A model generated the notes under the pieces. That model saw only the letters and a list, made by a program, of their open reading frames with translations, was not told where the DNA came from and did no database searches. Position numbers and translations under genes: made by a program. Below, in pieces: positions 1-15,149 of a stretch of 64,000 nucleotides of DNA. The DNA comes from the human T2T-CHM13v2.0 reference genome, Homo sapiens: the NCBI RefSeq assembly GCF_009914755.1, contig NC_060940.1; one strand, given 5' to 3'. The stretch's first letter is position 1. Each line of letters starts with the position of its first letter.

Positions 1-1047
1 TTAGATAACATTTGTCAGCTGCATCAGCCGCAGGTAACTCCTGACGAGAATTTATTTCCCTGTAGGTAGTGGAACGAAGCGATGTTCCAAATTTCATGGG
101 GCTGCCGAAGAGGCTTGCAGGAGTGTCACGCCTAAGAGGCTGTACAACAGTTGTCAGGATAATCAGACTATTTGCAATCACCATTTTCTGCTCTTTTTTC
201 CCCCTTAAGTACCTAAATGGAAATGTAAGATAGCCAAGAAGAGAAGACACGTGTGTGTGCTATACATAGATGATTTCCGGTCAAAATGTAATCGATTTAT
301 AGTTTTGTTGATAAATTCCTGTGAGTACTTGTACTCTCTTTCCCTCTCTTGTGTGTCTTTGGGTGCAACTCTTGAATTATGAATACACAATGAGCCTTGC
401 TGTTCCTGTCAAAAGCTTGTCTTCATATACCAAATTATAATACTTATACCCAGGAGATTTTCCATTTTGTGTAAAATGTCTTTTATTTTAGAAAGGTTTG
501 CATTTTCTGAATATTTCTTTTGGAATTGCTTAAAAAATATATCTCCCAGAAAAGCCCAACTTTATTTATTGTGTTGGGTAGGAACCTCTGTGGTTTTGCT
601 CTTAGCATCATCAATGAAAAGGTAGAGCTTAAATCACAGTATGTGAGAAAGTATTTGAGAGACAGAGTGCTTGGATTCAAATCCAGCTTCCCCACAGACA
701 GGCCCTGGGAGACCTTAGGGAGGGTCCCTGGCCTTCCCCAGATGGCACCAGTGGCTACTTAAAACCAATGTTGTTGTATTAAATAGAATAATACATGCAA
801 AGTGTTCTGGCTCAATGTTAATAGCTTTTCGTAAATGATAGTTTAAAACTTTGGTAAAAGGTAGCAAGGTAGAGTGGGAAGAGTGTGAGGTGGGGATTTG
901 GAAAAGCTGGCTGTAAAATCTTTGTAATTTCCCTCTAGTCCACAGTTTTGTTATTTGTGCTGGGAAGGGTTTGAATTCAGTGGTTTCTAGGAGCTGCTCC
1001 AATGCTTGAATCTCACCATTCTATTAAAAGGACCCTAGGCCTACTTT

Positions 1048-1095
1048 GAGGAGAGAGAGAGAGAGAGAGCAAGAGAGAGAGAGAGAGAGAGCGAG
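1048..1095. repeat. (GA)n microsatellite
   Basis: Directly visible GA dinucleotide run with two short interruptions. Confidence 0.95.
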
Positions 1096-1198
1096 TGCAC
1101 ACCTACTTAACTAGCTGTTTCCTTCCTCCTCCCTTCTTCTCTCTTTTACTTTCATTTTTCTTACTCTCTCCCCCCAACTGCCCATTACTTTCATATGT

Positions 1199-1469
1199 CA
1201 ATTGGCCCTTTGTGTCCACAGATTCTGCATCTGAGGATTCAATCAGCCTCCGATGGAAAGTATCAAAACTACAACAATAGAAAATACAGTATTAACAATC
1301 ATTTACATAGCATTTATATTGTATTAGGTATTCTAAGTAATCTAGAAATAATTTAAAGTATACGATAGGGTGTGAGACCGTCTCCTATCAGGGACTTGAG
1401 CATCTGGCAGATTTTGGTATCCTTGGGAGGTCCTTGAACCAACCTTGCATGGATACCGAGGGACAACTG
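1199..1469 (-). mobile_element. MER2 (TcMar-Tigger MITE)
   Basis: Ends GGATACCGAGGGACAACTG followed by TA; internal GGGACTTGAGCATC and GTATTAGGTATT match the reverse complement of the MER2 consensus as recalled. Confidence 0.85.
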
Positions 1470-1895
1470 TACATGTCTTTCCTTCTCCCCTTAATGTGTC
1501 ACCCCAACATTTATGACATCAGAGAGAAGCGTCAATATAGAAAATTGAATTTCTTCCTAAAAGAACTGGTTCAGCAACCCCTTGTTACCAAGCCAGAAAT
1601 TTCCACATTGTGCCTGGAACCATGCCATTGACAGACATTAAGATGACAGCAACTACTTGAGTCCATGAAATCAGGGTTTGTTGGGACTTTTGGATTTGCA
1701 TCAGGGCTGAATAAGGTTGATTCAGTTTGGAACTTCAAGTGGAGCTCAAAGTGCTGTGGTCAATTCGGGTTGTGAAAACATAAATCTTAGATCTCCCTCA
1801 TCCTAAGAGAAAGGGAAAAAAAACCTATCACTTATTTGGTGGATTCTTAGTATTAAGCCACAAGGGTATTGTTTAGATAATTATGTTTAAGTGTG

Positions 1896-2283
1896 TGGAT
1901 TAGTCTGTTCTCACACTGCTATAAGATACTGCCAGAGACTGGGTAATTTATAAAGGAAAGTGGTTTAATTGACTCACGGTTCTGCAGGCTTAACAGGAAG
2001 CGTGGCTAGGACGCCTCAGGGAACTTAAAATCATGGTGGAGGGTAAAGGGGAAGTAGCACGTCTTACATGGTGGCAGGTGAGAGCGTGTGAAGGAGGAAC
2101 TGTCAAACACTTTTAAAAGCACCAGATCTCATGAGGACTCACTCACTGTCACGAGAACAGCATGGGGGAACTGCCCCCATGTTCCAATCACCTCCCAGCA
2201 GTTCCCTCCCTCGACACATGGGGAGTATGGGGATTACAATGAAAGATGAAATTTGGGTGGGGACACAGAGCCAAACCATATCA
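1896..2283 (-). mobile_element. THE1 (THE1D-like) MaLR solo LTR
   Basis: TG..CA termini (TGGATTAGTC...CCAAACCATATCA), GAGACTGGGTAATTTATAAAGGAAAG core, exact 5-bp TSD GTGTG at 1891-1895 and 2284-2288. Confidence 0.92.
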
Positions 2284-3364
2284 GTGTGAGTGATTTGTAA
2301 ACAAAAAATATGTGCACAACCACAGATGATTGGCTAAATAAAATACCAGAATTGTGGAGCCATTAAAACATATGCAGTAGAAAGAAAACTAAGTGACTTT
2401 GAAGGATGATTAGGTAGGAAGTTAAATGGTATGTGCCACTTCCATGTCAACTGAAAATGTGTCTGTATATGAGACTGTAGGTGATGAAAAGTTAGTAGGA
2501 ATTATCTCCAAACGCTGACAGCTTGAACAAATTGATTGCTACACTTTCACTATACAAAGTTTTAACTTTAAAAAGAGGGGTGGAAATGTTTGCCTTTATG
2601 ACAAAGACAAAACAAATGCCAGACTCGGAGGTGCTGAACTCACACTCGTCAAGGAAATAATTTTGCAGACAAATCTGCACTGGATAAAAGGACATAGAAG
2701 GCAGCTCTATTCTTCAGCCAGATATCGCCCTGGGATTGAACTGACTCACTTTCCCAGTTCCCCTCCTCTGAGCTCCTTGTTCAGTCCCCTGACCTCCTTT
2801 TATTTCTCTTGGTCAGAACTGAGCTACAGAACGGTGGATTCTGCCTTGAGCTTTGAAAGTGAGTCAAGGAGAGAATTAAGCAGCAATTCCAAGAGATAAA
2901 CACATTAAGAAATATTGCCTAAGACTAAAAAAATTGCCCCCAGATTTTTCTCAAGTGCTGCAGAAATGAAAGCAGAAAATTGCTCTGTGCCATTTCTGGG
3001 GCCCACTGCTATTAGAGACAGATGATAAACCTCACCAAATTGGCACACCAGGCAACGGCTGGAGCAGATAGACATAGCTTGCCCTTTTTAAACAGAGCGA
3101 ACATGGCAACAAGCTGATTGCAGCTAAATCAGACCCTCCCTCTGAGCTCTTTCTGGAGGCCATCCGTTGAGAGGAGTAAATATAAATACGTATGTGGACG
3201 CATCTCATGTTCCTTTACTTAGATCCCTCCAAAAAGGGCAGACAGGATCTAAACAGCTTAAGCTTCCTCCTTCCTGCTTCACTGGAATGTGGTCTCAAAT
3301 TACCCTGACTTTTAGGCAGATTTAGGGTTTCAGAGTCTCCCAGGAAGGCTCAGTATGCCCTCCG

Positions 3365-3460
3365 AATCAAACCTGAGTTTTAATCTTAGCTCCAATATTT
3401 ATTAGCTGAGTTATCCAAGCAGGTCCTCCCTTCCCTGGTCCTTAGTTTGAGGGATAACAT
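3365..3460 (+). mobile_element. MIR fragment
   Basis: Degenerate CCTGAGTTTTAATCTTAGCTCC...ATTAGCTG...CTTAGTTT core. Confidence 0.5.
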
Positions 3461-4315
3461 GTATTACATTTTTGGTGTTACTTTCCCACCATTCCTGCAA
3501 ACTAAGTGAGTTATTTTGCTTCTTTTGTTTTTGGTAGTTGGATTTCCTTTAGTAAATGTGAAAAAGGGGTTGAGAGAAGGAGAGGCAGAGAGCCCAAAGA
3601 AAGAAGACACAGAGAGTACAATAAAAGACCTTGAAAAGGTGGAATCATAAAGAGGTGAAAGAAAAGGGGAAGGAGAAAGAAAGAGGTAATAATAGGGTCT
3701 GGGGAGTTTGAGAAAGTCCAATGAGAGGGTATGGAGTGGCCACAAAATTCCCCAAAATAGGAATTGGTGGTGGAGAGTTCAGAAACACTAGTTTCAAAGC
3801 ATAACGTATAAAGTTATACCTATGTTTGATATCCCTCAATTCCAACGGTTCTGGCAGTACCACACAGGAATTGCATGTGCATAACTGGGCTTTCCTAGGA
3901 ATAAAAGTGACAATTTTCTTCATCGGGCACACTCCATTGGTATAAATCAAAATGTCTTAGATCAAATTTGTACCCCTACGGCATAATGTAAATGATGAAG
4001 GGAAGGGACCTCATTTTGTCATTTTCTTTTCAAATATCGACTTGTATTAAAGAAAACATTTTTCTCAATCACAGGTGCAGATGTGAAGGATGAGTGACAT
4101 CTTGATGTCCTTTCTTTGATAAGTCCCCTCCCTTGGCAGCTTCCAGTACACTTTTAGGAACAAACTTCAATTTATCTTTTACAGTGTGGGTCTGTGTCTT
4201 GGAGCCAGCAAAGCTGCATTTAAAAGTGTGCTTCCAGTTTGAGATTCTCAGAGGGGTAGCAAAGCAAAGAACAGAACATTGTCCTGAATGTCTGGAGAGC
4301 TCATGTGGGGGCTGA

Positions 4316-4830
<515 letters not shown>

Positions 4831-6163
4831 CGTGAGTCTGCTGACTTAAAACTATAAATGTAAAATTCTTAATACACTGAAAGGCACATAGTAGGTTCTC
4901 AATACTTTTTAATCTTCTTACCATATTGGCCACACCATATATATTTATATATATGAATTGTTGAGCTATCACTAGCCAGTATTTAGTGACTTTCTGTTTC
5001 GTTTCTGTGTTAAGTCTCTGTGATAGTTTCAGCAGCCCCTTGACAGAGAATTGACTATGTTAGGGATGTTTCAATAGAGCCTGCTTTCCCAAGACCTTGT
5101 TGTTTTCTAGCTTTCCCATGGATATATTTTATGTGGCAGTTTTTGAAATGAGGGAGCTTTTGAAAAGGATAAAGGTGCCATCATGGAGGAACTCAGACAG
5201 GATTCCCGGCATTGCTGTGCCTCTCCAACATCCAGATCATTGAGAATCACAATACTGGTTCTCCAAGTGCTAAAAAATACCAGAAACCCTTACAGAATCT
5301 CTGCATTTTTTTTTAATGGTGGGGGTGGAGTTCAAAAGTTTGAGGCCACCTAGAATTCAAGCTTTCTATGTGGAACAAGTTTTCTATTGTTATAATGTAG
5401 GAGTACCTCACATTTTAGAAACTAATGGTGTTTGAGAAAGGAGTAGGGGGAGACTATTTCTTTCCTCATCTGAGCAACCAGGGCACCATTTTATGGAATT
5501 TGTTATTAACAAGAATGTCATTGCTATGGTCATCTTCTGCTGCTGCTTCTTTTCCACTTTCTCTTCCTCCTTCTAACCCTCCTCCTACTCTTCCTACTCC
5601 CACTTTCCTCCTCTCCAATCGTCTATTTCTCTTGTTGCTTATATTAATTTTTAACTGATAAAAAATAACATTTTTTAATTAAAAAATAAAACGTATCATG
5701 TATAAAAGTCGTTTTGAAATATGTATACATTATAGAATGGCTAAATCGAGCTAATTAGCACATATGTTACCTCATATACTTATCATTTTGTTGTGTGAGA
5801 ACACTTAAAATCTCACCACAAACTCTTAGCAATTTTCAGGACTACAATACATTGTTATTAACTATAGTTACCTGTTGTACATTAGATCTCTTGAAGTTAC
5901 TTCTCTTATCTAACTGAAATCTAATATTCTTTTGTTTGCTTGTTGGTTTTGAGACAGGTTCTCACTCTGGTATTCTTTAACTAACATCTCTCCAACACCC
6001 ACTCACCCTCCCCAGCCCCTGGTAACCACCATTCCACTCTCTACTTCTACGAGTTCAACTTTTTAATATTCCATATATTAGTGAGATCATGTGGTATTTG
6101 TCTTTCTGTGCCTAGCTTATTTCACTTAAAATAATGTCCTCCAGGTTTATCCATGTTACAAAT

Positions 6164-6687
6164 CAGGGGTCCCCAACCCCTAGGCCACCAACCAGTACTG
6201 GTCTGTGGCCTGTTAGGAACTGGGCTGCACAGCAGGAGGAGGGTGAGCGGCGGGTGAGTGAGTGAAGCTTCATCTGTACTTATAGCTACTCCACATTGCT
6301 CACATTACTGCCTGAGCCCTGCCTCCTGTCAGATCAGCAATGGCATTAGATTCTTACAGGAGTGTGAACCCTATTGTGAAATGTGCATGCCAGGGATCTA
6401 GGTAGCACACTCGTTATGAGAATCTAATGCTTGATGATCTGTCACTGTCGCCCATCACCCCCAGATGGGGCCGTCTAGTTCCAGGAAAACAAGCTCAGGG
6501 CTCCCACTAATTCTACATTATGGTGAGTTGTATAATTATTTCATCATATATACAATGTAATAGTAATAAAGTGCACAATAAATGAAATGTACTTGCATCA
6601 TCCCCCAAAGCATCCCCTCCCCCGCCTCCCCCGCCCCCTGCCACCACCAAAACCAGTCCGTGGTACCAAAACGGTTGGGAAATGCTG
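6164..6687 (+). mobile_element. MER1A (hAT-Charlie) nested in L1MA
   Basis: TIRs CAGGGGTCCCCAACC and GGTTGGGAAATGCTG; degenerate 8-bp TSD TTACAAAT/TTGAAAAT; host L1 resumes in register. Confidence 0.9.
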
Positions 6688-7435
6688 TTGAAAATAACAG
6701 GATTTTCTTTTTTTTTTAAAAAAGGCTGAATATTATTCCATTGTTCATATATACCACATTTTCTTTATCCATGCATCTGCTGATGGACACTTAGGTTGAT
6801 TGCATATCTTGGCTATTATGAATAGTGCTGCAATAAACATGGGAGTACAGATATATCTTTGACATACTGATTTCATTTCTTTGGATGAATACCCAATAGT
6901 GGGATTGTTGGATCATAGGGTAGTTCTGTTTTTAGTTTTCTGAGGAACTTCCATGTTATTTTTCATAGTGCCTATGCTAATTTACATTCCCACCAACAGT
7001 GTGCAAGTCTTCTCTTTTGTCCACATCCATGTCAACACTTCTTTTTTGTCTTTTTGATAATAGCCATTCTAACAAGTGTGAGGTGATATCTCATTGTGGT
7101 TTTAATGTGCATTTCTCTGATGATGTGATGTCTGGTATTTTTTATATACCCATTGGCCACTTGCATGTCATCTTTTGAAGAAATGTCTATTCAGATCCTC
7201 TGTCCATTTTTAAATAATTGGGTTGTTTTCTTGCTATTGTTTGAATTTTTTGTATATTTTTGATATTAACTTCTTTTCAGATGTATGGTTTGCTCATATT
7301 TTCTCTCATCTCTTAGATTGTGTCTTCATCTGATTGTTTCCTTTGCTGTGCAGAAGCTTTTAATTTGACGCAATCCTAGATTTGCTTTGGAGCTTTTTAC
7401 CTGTTTTCTTCTAGTAGTTTCATAGTTCCAGGTCT

Positions 7436-7802
<367 letters not shown>

Positions 7803-7855
7803 TAAGGGTTGGTCTCATTACATTTTTCTGCATGTGGATATCCAGTTGTATCATC

Positions 7856-8161
7856 TTTTTTTTTTTTTTTTTTGATAGGAAATTTTGCTCTTGTTGCCCA
7901 GGCTGGAGCGCAATGGAGCGATCTTGGCTCACTGCAACCTCCGCCTCCCGGGTTCAAAGGATTCTACTGCCTCAATAGAATCTCCCGAGTAGCTGGGATT
8001 ACAGATGCCTGCCACCACGGCCAGCTAATTTTTGTATATTTAGTAGAGATGGGGTTTTACCATGTTGACCAGGCTGGTCTTGAACTTCTGACCTCAGGTA
8101 ATCCACCTGCTTCGGCCTTCCAAAGTGCTGGGATTACAGGCATGAGCCACCGCACCCAGCC
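7856..8161 (-). mobile_element. AluS (Sp/Sq-like)
   Basis: Poly(T), TTTGCTCTTGTTGCCCAGG and GCAATGG diagnostics, full dimer. Confidence 0.95.
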
Positions 8162-8209
8162 TTGTCTTTTGTTTTTAATACTGAGAGAGTTAACAAAATA
8201 GTGAACACT

Positions 8210-8502
8210 AGTTTAGAGATTCATTATTGTAGTAGCAGTGTCAAGAGTCACTTGTAGTGGCATCAGCTGTCTGGTGACTGTTTTCGTTGCATGTCAGTGG
8301 TGGAGACGTCCCCAGACTATCCTACCAAATGATGTTGGCTGTGTTTTATAGCTATGTGGCTTCCCTTGGTTCCTGCCCATTTTCTTAGCTTTGTTCTCAA
8401 CTTTCTGTTGATTCTATGAAGTATAGTATATACTTACAATAAGTTCTTTTCTGTGTTTAAGTTAGAATTGATTCTTGTTGCATGTAATCAAGAAAACTGA
8501 CA
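8210..8502 (+). mobile_element. LTR33-like ERVL LTR fragment
   Basis: TTCCTGCCCATTTTC...GATTCTATGA...AATAAGTTCTTTTCTG...TTCTTGTTGCATGTAATCAAGAA resembles the LTR33 3' end. Confidence 0.65.
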
Positions 8503-9004
8503 GGTAGAGTGACTAACAGCAATTTCTGTACTTTCCTATCTGCTTATCTTTATTTGACTTACCCTACAAGGACTGATTTACATTCCAGCTCTTGAATGGA
8601 ACCTTCCCAGACTAATTCATTTCCACATTGATTTTGTGCTCTCTGAGTCTGTGTGGCCTTATACTACTTAACATTTTATCATGTGATAACTGGTAATTTT
8701 TTCTAACTGAATTAAAGTAATTTATTTCAAATTCAAAATTCCATCAAAAGCTCCTCAAGGGTAGGTTCTTTTTTTTGTCCTTCCAACTCCCATTTTTTTC
8801 CTTTTCCTCTCTCCCTGGTGAAACTTTTTATGAGACTAAGCACAGCAAAGGTCAGGTCAGAAAATACTTGTTTTTTTTTTTAATTGATATATGTCATAGT
8901 GCTTTGTTGATTAACAAAACATTAAATCAAGCTTGTGTAGTCCTGTGTTGAAACATTCTATGTTTGGGTTTATATCTGAACAAGGATAATATAAGAAACT
9001 GACA

Positions 9005-9225
9005 GGCTTGAGTATGAACTTTGAAGCCAACAGACTGGACTTGACCTTGGAAAGCTTTAACATTTTCTAGCTATATGGCTTTAGACTGGCTTTAATTTGC
9101 TTGCCCATAACATGGTTTGTACAACATTTTTCTTGCAATCCAGGATGGAAAGAGGATTAAGTAAAGTAATACTAATAAAGTCAAGCACTTGAGGCTTGTC
9201 AAGTCAAGAGCTTAGTAAATTCTGG
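9005..9225 (+). mobile_element. MIR fragment
   Basis: Degenerate GAACTTTGAAGCCAACAGACTGG...GAGGATTAAGTAAAGTAATAC. Confidence 0.5.
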
Positions 9226-9574
9226 TCCTCTTTGTTGGTGAATGTATTTATCATCCATCTGATGTGTCTCATCAGAAAATTAATGACTTCATAGAATGAG
9301 TTAATAGAACTAAAATATTAAAAGCAAGAGAGGTGAAAGTTCTACTGTCCATCAGCCCTTCTTGTCTACCTACAGTGTGCATTTCTGGGGTCCTTTAGGT
9401 AGGATGTTGACAGACTAGAACATTTTCAGGGGTGAGGAACCAGCATATTAGAGAATTGCCCTGTGGAAAATGAGTCTCGCTTTATGTTGGCCTAGAAGTA
9501 ACATCTGCAAACAGCTTTTTTTGTGGGGGTATATGAATGGTTATCTTCTATTCTGCCATCTTGGTGACATCACT

Positions 9575-9780
9575 TTTTTTTTTGGAGACGGAGTCTCACT
9601 CTGCAGCCCAAGCTGGAGTGCAATGGCAAGATCTTGGCTCACTGCAACCTCTGCCTCCCAGGCTCCCATTCTCATGCCTTAGCCTCTTGAGTAGCTGGGA
9701 CTACAGGCATGTGCCACCACACCTGGCTAATTTTTTGTATTTTAGTAGAGACAAGGTTTCACCATGTTGCCCAGGGTGGA
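9575..9780 (-). mobile_element. 5'-truncated Alu
   Basis: Right arm plus part of left arm; TSD ACATCACT at 9567-9574 and 9781-9788. Confidence 0.92.
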
Positions 9781-9814
9781 ACATCACTCTTTAGATGCTT
9801 TATTGTTTCCTCTT

Positions 9815-10170
9815 TCATGTGTAGGTCTGTGACTCTCCTAGAATTAATATTGTCTATTGTTTGAGGTAGGGAGTCAAGGTTCCGTTTTTCTTATTTTCAT
9901 AGGAATATCCAATTGACTCAGCCACATGTTCAAAGGCCATTCTTTACCTATAGAACTTCAGTGTCATCTTTGTCCATATTTGTGTGGACTGGTTTCTTAT
10001 CTCTCTATTTTATTGTAGTCATTTTTTTGTCTGTTCTCAAACTAATACCTCACTGGTAAGTCTAACACATGTTTTAATATCTGGTAGTGTGCATTTTCTA
10101 GCTTATTTCTCAAGTACTGATAATCTTATAATAAAATGAATTTTATGATTAAACTTGTATGAGTCAATTT
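9815..10170 (-). mobile_element. Ancient L1 (L1ME-like) ORF2 fragment
   Basis: TGAGGTAGGGAGTCAAG...GAATATCCAATTGACTCAGC typical of L1ME antisense. Confidence 0.55.
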
Positions 10171-10584
10171 TGATTGCCACCAAGAACCTTGATATAGGAA
10201 TCAAGTCCTCTTTAAACCAAAGCCTAGACCTAATCGTCAGCTCAAATTCATCTCTGCTACTTGAAATAAACATTAATATTAGTAGATGAGTTAGTGTACT
10301 TAGAAAGATCTAATGAAAGATACTCTGGTCCCCTAGGAACCTTGTGGGTCATCATTTGTAGGAGAAATAAGGTCGTGTGTGTGCGTGTGTGTGCATGGGT
10401 GTGTGTATGATTTAAAATATAAGTTTCATTTTTTTTTAACCGAGACTCAGAAAATTCAATCAGCAATATCCAGGTTAGTTTTCTCATGTAAATGATAGAC
10501 ATGATACTTGTCACTTGTATATGATAAAATTAGCCACTTATTTAAAATACTTCTCATAAGTAGATGTTTAAAAATATTCACTAG

Positions 10585-10900
<316 letters not shown>

Positions 10901-13032
10901 TGATGTTCATTTATTGCATCCACTTATGTGAATCTATGTACAAAATCTCTGATGTAACAATACAAAGTCAAACAAACCAGGGAATTAAGGCCAGGTGAAA
11001 TCAATGCCCATAGTTTTTGTTGCTCTAAAGTGGGTGGAAATCTCTTCAGCCAATTGAAATAAGTTACCCATTGCAGATTCTGGTTAGGACTGACACAAAA
11101 TTAAGTTTTTCAGGTATGTTGAAGAGTTAAGTACTGGTAACATTTATGTTCCAGATGAGTGATTTCCAAAATGCTCTGGAGAGCTCTAGCATTCTCTAGA
11201 AAGCCTCAGAGATTGTCAAAGAGAGGAGGTGATGGAAGGGGCCCAGCAAGCCTGACTCTTGCTCTGTCAGAGCTCTTCATCTTCTCTTTAAATTAATGCC
11301 TGAATCATGTCATTCAAACCACACAGTGTGGCTCATGACAGTGGACTCAGTGACCAAAGTTGATTTATCTTCCTTCTCATTTGTGCAAACCCAAGTGTTG
11401 TGCTTCACTGAGTACTCATCTCTACCGTGTGTACCTTGAGAGGGTCTATGATTGGTATAGTCTTTGGTTACCCCTCATGATGGGGTTCAGTCAGGTGAGG
11501 ATTTACTGTAGGCTGAATGACATCTTCTCCTTGAGTTTGGTCTTTGTTGATTTGCGAGTGCACCCTGTTCTTTTTTCCTACTTTGGCATTGACTCCCTCT
11601 CTCCGCAGAGTTGGATGTTGGTGTCTCTTAGGAGCTCAGTATGTGATTCTAAATTCAGATGATCAAATAGCTAAGAAAGTGCTAATAGCTTATGCTTTCA
11701 TGAAATATGCTTTTTTGTTTTCTGTACATAATTGCCTTTGTATTTTTCTCCCCTTATCCCCAACTGACAGTGTTTTAATTAAAAGTTGAGGGGAGAGAAC
11801 ATAAGGAAGTCTGTGGAGGCACATTCTTGCTTTTTGTTTAATCCTATTCTGCCAAACAATGCTTTAAGCCTTCTGGTAAGCAAGTAGAGAGTCAAAAATG
11901 AGAAAAAGCCCAAAACAGCATGTTTTTTAAAAAAGATTTTGCTTATTCTCATCTTTTAAGAAAAGACAGAATTCAAATGCTTTTGTTCTCTCAATTCTAT
12001 TGCTTCAAGAAATGAAAAGAAGCACTGAATCCTCTTATTCCTGAATCAAATAAAAATAGTCCAATCATATATGTTAACACACATATATATATATAAACAT
12101 TTATATTTATATATAATATGTCATGTGTAATTTTTGAATTGCAGTTTCAGTAAGGAACCTAATTTAAATCAAATATGAAATCCAAGCCTGAATCCAGTTG
12201 ATTAAATTAAAAACAAAGGCATATCCCATAAACTAAAAGTTTTACAGTTCTACTAACTACCCAGTTGCTTCTTGTGATTTTTCTCATTCTTCTAAAATTC
12301 ACATTCCGCAAATTGTTTCCTAAATGGATGCTTCTTTATATTACTGTTCATAGGAATACACATTTTATTTCCTCCATCAGGTGGTTTTCTCTGTTCAATT
12401 CTGCAGAAAAATAGAAGCTGCAAGATAACTAGAAAAGAAATTTATTTCTATCCTCACTGTCATAACCTTACTCACTTTTAGCTCTTCTCTGCAAGTTATA
12501 CACATCTCTGTCTAGTGTGATCTTCTTCCTGACATTATTCCTGATCTGTGTTTCCAAGGATAGAAGGAGACATACACAGAAGCCATGTGCCTTCTCCTAG
12601 AAGTATATTAGGTTGACTTTTGTCACGTGTTTCTTTTTGTGATTCAGGGTCATTAAAGGATTCTTTAGCCTAATGTTTATTTCCCAAAGTTGAGTCAGTC
12701 CATAAATAGTCTGCAAATAATCAGGCAAGAGATGGAAGAAATAAAAGCTATTTTAAGAATTTCCTCTTTCTGTGGATACAGATATTATTAAAGACTTTAC
12801 TAGATTTCACCATCATCTATTTTGGGGACTCTATTATTTGCATACGAATTGTTCTTTTGACATCAGTCCACGGTACAGTTAAGATACTTGGTGATCTTGC
12901 TACCAACACAAGAAGGCTATTTCTTTCACACCGTAGGGAAAGTCAGTTTACTAGATAAAAATAACAGAAATAGAGATTATGAATGAATTGTTTCAGAACT
13001 TTTTTTATTCTAAATGCTTATAAAATGATTTG

Positions 13033-13305
13033 GACTGGACGCAGTGGCTCACGCCTGTAATCCCAGCACTTTGGGAGGCTGAGGCGGGCAGATCACGAAG
13101 TCAGGAGATTGAGACCATCCTGGTTAACACGGTGAAACCCCGTCTCTACTAAAAATATAAAAAATTAGCCGGGCATGGTGGCATGCACCTGTAGTCCCAA
13201 CTACTCAGGAGGCTGAGGCAGGACAATCGCTTGAACCCAGGAGCAGAGGTTGCAGTGAGCCGAGATAGCACCACTGCACTCCAGCCTGGGTGACAGAGAC
13301 TCCGT

Positions 13306-13333
<28 letters not shown>
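13033..13333 (+). mobile_element. AluSc/AluY-like
   Basis: GATCACGA.GTCAGGAGAT.GAGACCATCCTGG.TAACACGGTG diagnostics; long pure poly(A). Confidence 0.95.
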
Positions 13334-13336
<3 letters not shown>

Positions 13337-13599
13337 CTTGTTGAACTTCTCTATTGCTCAATGATGTAAGAGATAGAACTGAAATGGGCATGGGGGTTCT
13401 CTTTAAAATTAATCTTTCTGCAGGAATAGAAAGCCCTAAATCTCAGTCAGTAAGCACACATCTAAAAAATTGTTCACAGGAAAAAAACTGAATTGCAAGA
13501 GATGAGGATGTATCAAAAGGACTGACCGGCAGTAAGGCTGAATAGAAGAAACTTGTCTTGGGTTCTCACTACCTTATTTCTGGGTTACATACTATACTA

Positions 13600-14088
13600 G
13601 TCATTTGTCTATTTGTCATAGATTGATTTCCTGACCATTTCTGCCCTGCTGTGCATTCTGCTTCACTTCATTTTTCATGATTCTTTTGCTCTTGGTTTCT
13701 AGGCAGGTTTGTCAGTGGAGGCATGAGCACAGAGCCAGATGCCAAGAAGAGGGAGAAGCCAAAGATTACTCTTCTCACTCTGTCTTAGGGGTTGTCTTTG
13801 GTACCAGGTACATCAGATTCAAGGTTCAAGCTTCTGGTGATTGGACCTCTGTGCTTCCATTTTCATCAGGTGGCTTCAGCTGTTGGACTCCAATAACATT
13901 GTCACATTTCTTTGTCCCTCCAACTCCCGGTATCTTCCTGTTGTTTCTAATGTCTGACTTGCTTCACAGTCTTCTATTTGGCTTCTTAGCTCTTTCATTA
14001 CTTATCTAAACAATTCCCTGTATTGAATTCCCTCTGTTTGAAATACTTAGAGTAGTTTCTATTTTCTGGCTGGACCTTGACTTATAGA
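13600..14088 (+). mobile_element. Ancient ERVL LTR (LTR40/41-like)
   Basis: 3' end TTCCCTGTATTGAATTCCCTCTGTTTGAAATACTTAGAGTAGTTTCTATTTTCTGGCTGGACCTTGACT typical of this group; 5' boundary uncertain. Confidence 0.55.
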
Positions 14089-14197
14089 CTCTCTCTTCCT
14101 TTCACTACTTTTTTCTTTTCTTTTTTTTTTTCTGTAAGAACATAATGTTTCTTGATTGATACCTGCCTGTCAACATCACATTCTTTATTCATTTTAA

Positions 14198-14600
<403 letters not shown>

Positions 14601-15149
14601 TAACAGGTGGCTGGACAAGCCATTTGCATCTGACTCTCAATTTTCTCTGCTGAAAAATGTGAAAATTCCCATTAAGAATTATTTTAGCTTACATTTTTAA
14701 AAGTAAAAAAAACATTGCTTTTTTCAGACTAAATGATAAATGCCACAAGCTTGGGAGTCCTTTGTTTATTCTTACTTAGCAGCACTATTACTGTCTTAGT
14801 CCTAGTAGGTAATCATTTTAAGGTGAAATTTGGAACAAAGGAGCTATTGAGGCATTTCAGATAAATATGTAAGCTGTTTCTGGCTTTAACTTTTATTCTA
14901 TTTGAAGTGGGGGAGATTATGGGCCTTTTCCCTAAATCTAATTGATGGGTACTTCCTGCCTAGATGCTGGTCAGAGGCATTTTAGAGGAAGGCAGATGAA
15001 ATTCTTTTTATCCTATTTTCAAGACTGTTAAATAGCCATTGCCTGATCTAAACCCTGGAAGGGACATTTAAAGTGAAGATATTTATTATTTGTATTAAGA
15101 AATATCCCTGTATTCATCCACTCCTCAATACCTTAAAGCCCCTAATTCC

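Noticed and set aside
13677-14009. 110-aa ORF with a hydrophobic C-terminus
   Set aside because: Lies within an ancient LTR-like repeat; no splice or homology support.
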